Below, in pieces: positions 62,150 through 64,000 of a stretch of DNA of 64,000 nucleotides. Every line of letters starts with the position of its first letter. Positions within the stretch are counted from its first letter, which is position 1. The notes below the pieces were generated by a model, which was not told the origin of the DNA, ran no database searches, and saw only the letters and a list, made by a program, of their open reading frames with translations. Where the stretch lies: NCBI GenBank assembly GCA_965223335.1, contig OZ244991.1, positions 1,920,001 to 1,984,000 on the forward strand. The letters run 5' to 3'. The stretch is from Thermodesulfobacteriota bacterium. GTDB lineage: Bacteria; Desulfobacterota_D; UBA1144; Nemesobacterales; UBA2774. Position numbers and translations under genes: made by a program.

Positions 62150-62587
62150 CTAGTCCCACTCGTTAATCTTGCGTTCATCCTCGTCTTCTTCAAGCAGTTC
62201 TATTACTTCGAACTTGTCTGCTTCGAGTACATTGCCGTTTTTTCTATAGATTCCGCCCACGATTAAGTAGTCGTCGTTTTCTAGGTCCCATGTGCCGTTC
62301 ATCGATATGTTGATGTAGTTGCCCTTTAGGTCTAGTATCTTAAAAGTGGTTAATGCGGTCTGTTCGTTTTCAGGGTTCTCTATGTTTACATCTTTGATAT
62401 AGCCCTCGATTGCCAGCACTGCACTGTCGTAGGCAATCGGGGAGAACAGCACTTTGGATATGGGGGCTCTAATGCCCTGAATGCTCATCCCGGGTATGTA
62501 CTCGGGTTCTTTATTGCAGCCCGGTGCCGCCATGACCACAAGTACGCATATAAGAATATGGGGTAGGAACTTCTTGGATAGGTTCAT
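62150..62587 (-). CDS. Hypothetical lipoprotein, possibly OB-fold
   Basis: Signal peptide with AAPGC lipobox-like motif and a beta-rich mature region. Confidence 0.65.
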   Translation of the reverse strand: MNLSKKFLPHILICVLVVMAAPGCNKEPEYIPGMSIQGIRAPISKVLFSPIAYDSAVLAIEGYIKDVNIENPENEQTALTTFKILDLKGNYINISMNGTWDLENDDYLIVGGIYRKNGNVLEADKFEVIELLEEDEDERKINEWD

Positions 62588-62614
62588 ATAATCTACTGGT
62601 AATTTATAATAATC

Positions 62615-62642
62615 AGTATATATTTTCCCGGTTAAGAGTCAA
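62615..62642 (-). promoter_or_regulatory. Putative sigma70 promoter for the lipoprotein gene
   Basis: Minus strand reads TTGACT-16nt-TATACT. Confidence 0.5.
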
Positions 62643-62693
62643 CAAATTTACTTAGTGTTGGTATAAGGTTTAAGTACTGAGAGGGGTTAAGAA

Positions 62694-63497
62694 ATGGATA
62701 TTTATCAGGAACAGGGATACAGCATTGTTCGCAAGAAAGTTGAGGAAAGTGACAGTAATTACAATTACTTAGCATGGTGTAACGAGACTAGGGAGTGTGC
62801 GGTGATAGACCCGATAGACTCGATCGGGATACTAAACATTATTAGAGAGAATGGGCTTAGCGTTAAATATATTATAAACACTCACTGCCACCCCGATCAT
62901 ATAAAGGGCAATGACCCGATACTTAAGGTTACTTTGTCTAAAATCCTTGTACACCCACTGGGACGGGAGTTTGTTGCTCCCAGAAGTGCCCCAATTGAAG
63001 AGGGGGACCGGATAGAGCTCGGCAAGGAGCATATCGATGTGTTCCATACACCGGGACATTGCCCGGAGCATGTGGTGCTAAGGCTTGGGGATTACCTTTT
63101 TACCGGGGACACGCTGTTTTTATCGGGCTGCGGTAACACGAAGTTTAGGGGTGATACGGATGTGCTGTTCGAGACGATCAGTGGAAAGCTAAGCGTCTTT
63201 GAGGACAGTCTTAAGATCTTGTGCGGGCATGATTACGCTCTTAAGAACCTTGAGTTTGCTCTCGACGTAGAACCGGGTAATGAGAATATACAAAACAAAC
63301 TAAATGAGGTTAAAAACAGTACCGAGAAAAATGAGCAGCATGCGCTTACATCTATTGGAGAGGAAAGAGGTTACAATCCTTTTCTGCGCTATGACTCCCC
63401 AGAGCTCATCGCTAATCTCCGAAAAAGGAATGAGTCCTTGGGGAATGATCCCAAATCAATATTTAAGGAGTTGCGAGAACTAAGGAGCAATTGGTAA
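62694..63497 (+). CDS. gloB: Hydroxyacylglutathione hydrolase (glyoxalase II)-like MBL-fold hydrolase
   Basis: THCHPDH, HTPGH, FTGDTLF..GCG, CGHDY and E..YNPFLR. Confidence 0.82.
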   Translation: MDIYQEQGYSIVRKKVEESDSNYNYLAWCNETRECAVIDPIDSIGILNIIRENGLSVKYIINTHCHPDHIKGNDPILKVTLSKILVHPLGREFVAPRSAPIEEGDRIELGKEHIDVFHTPGHCPEHVVLRLGDYLFTGDTLFLSGCGNTKFRGDTDVLFETISGKLSVFEDSLKILCGHDYALKNLEFALDVEPGNENIQNKLNEVKNSTEKNEQHALTSIGEERGYNPFLRYDSPELIANLRKRNESLGNDPKSIFKELRELRSNW

Positions 63498-63617
63498 AAG
63501 AGGTTTGCAACCGAAAGTATTTATTTAATATCGGTTGTTATCAAAAACTTTAGGTCATCGGTTTCATCTATACTGCCCTGCAATTTAAATCCATTTATCT
63601 TTAGATAGAATATACAG

Positions 63618-64000
63618 ATGCAAAAACGCAGCAGTCTGGCACTGCAAAACACTCTTACTAAGATTCTAGACGAGCGTATCGTACTACTTGACGGTGCGAT
63701 GGGTACGATGATCCAACGCTACGACCTTGGGGAAGCGGATTTTAGAGGAGAGCAGTTTCGGGAGGCCAAAAAAGAGCTAAAGGGAAACAATGACCTGCTG
63801 TGTGTCACACGTCCCGACATAATATCTGAAATACACAGGGCTTATCTCGAAGCCGGCGCCGATATCATTGAAACAAACACTTTTAACGCCAATAGAATCT
63901 CGCAGGCCGATTATGGGCTTGAGTACCAAGCCCTTGAGCTAAACATCCATGCTGCACGCGTTGCCCGAAACGCTGTAGACGAGTTTATGGCGGAAAATCC
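63618..64000 (+). CDS. metH: Cobalamin-dependent methionine synthase, N-terminal part (runs off the window)
   Basis: Manual translation: [35 protein letters not shown]...LKGNNDLL...[23 protein letters not shown]...QADYGL. Absent from the ORF track because there is no stop in the window. Confidence 0.93.
   Translation, partial: MQKRSSLALQNTLTKILDERIVLLDGAMGTMIQRYDLGEADFRGEQFREAKKELKGNNDLLCVTRPDIISEIHRAYLEAGADIIETNTFNANRISQADYGLEYQALELNIHAARVARNAVDEFMAEN

Overview
A gene-dense stretch of core bacterial chromosome. The gene content (PtsP, sigma-32-like factor, EF-G II, RNB protein, full oxidative TCA enzymes) suggests a diderm from the deltaproteobacteria-like radiation, possibly Dadabacteria-like; this is an inference I cannot confirm. 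The window runs from a 5'-truncated pyrG to a 3'-truncated metH. It includes ptsP, gltA, rplU-rpmA, mnmA-mtaB, an ECF/anti-sigma pair, nfeD-SPFH, a complete Opp/Dpp-type ABC transporter, yceD-rpmF-fabD-fabG-acpP-fabF, a TCA cluster (acnA-icd-mdh-sdh-sucC), rpoH-dnaK, rpmE-EF-G II-ppx, grpE-dnaK2-dnaJ and thrC-moaD-like. I see no rRNA, tRNA, CRISPR array, transposase, integrase or prophage gene, and no clearly new multi-gene system can be proven from sequence alone. The best leads are: (1) a ThrC-like PLP enzyme overlapping a ubiquitin-like sulfur carrier whose GG motif is capped by Asn, close to metH; (2) a mycobacterial Sdh1-type (type F) succinate dehydrogenase inside the TCA cluster; (3) a sigma-32-like gene abutting dnaK, with a second divergent DnaK nearby; (4) a HAMP protein with a catalytically degenerate class III cyclase domain; (5) a B12 radical SAM enzyme with a STAS-like tail; (6) an SDR with His in place of the catalytic Tyr; (7) a perfect 16-bp palindrome in front of a fab operon that lacks plsX and fabH.
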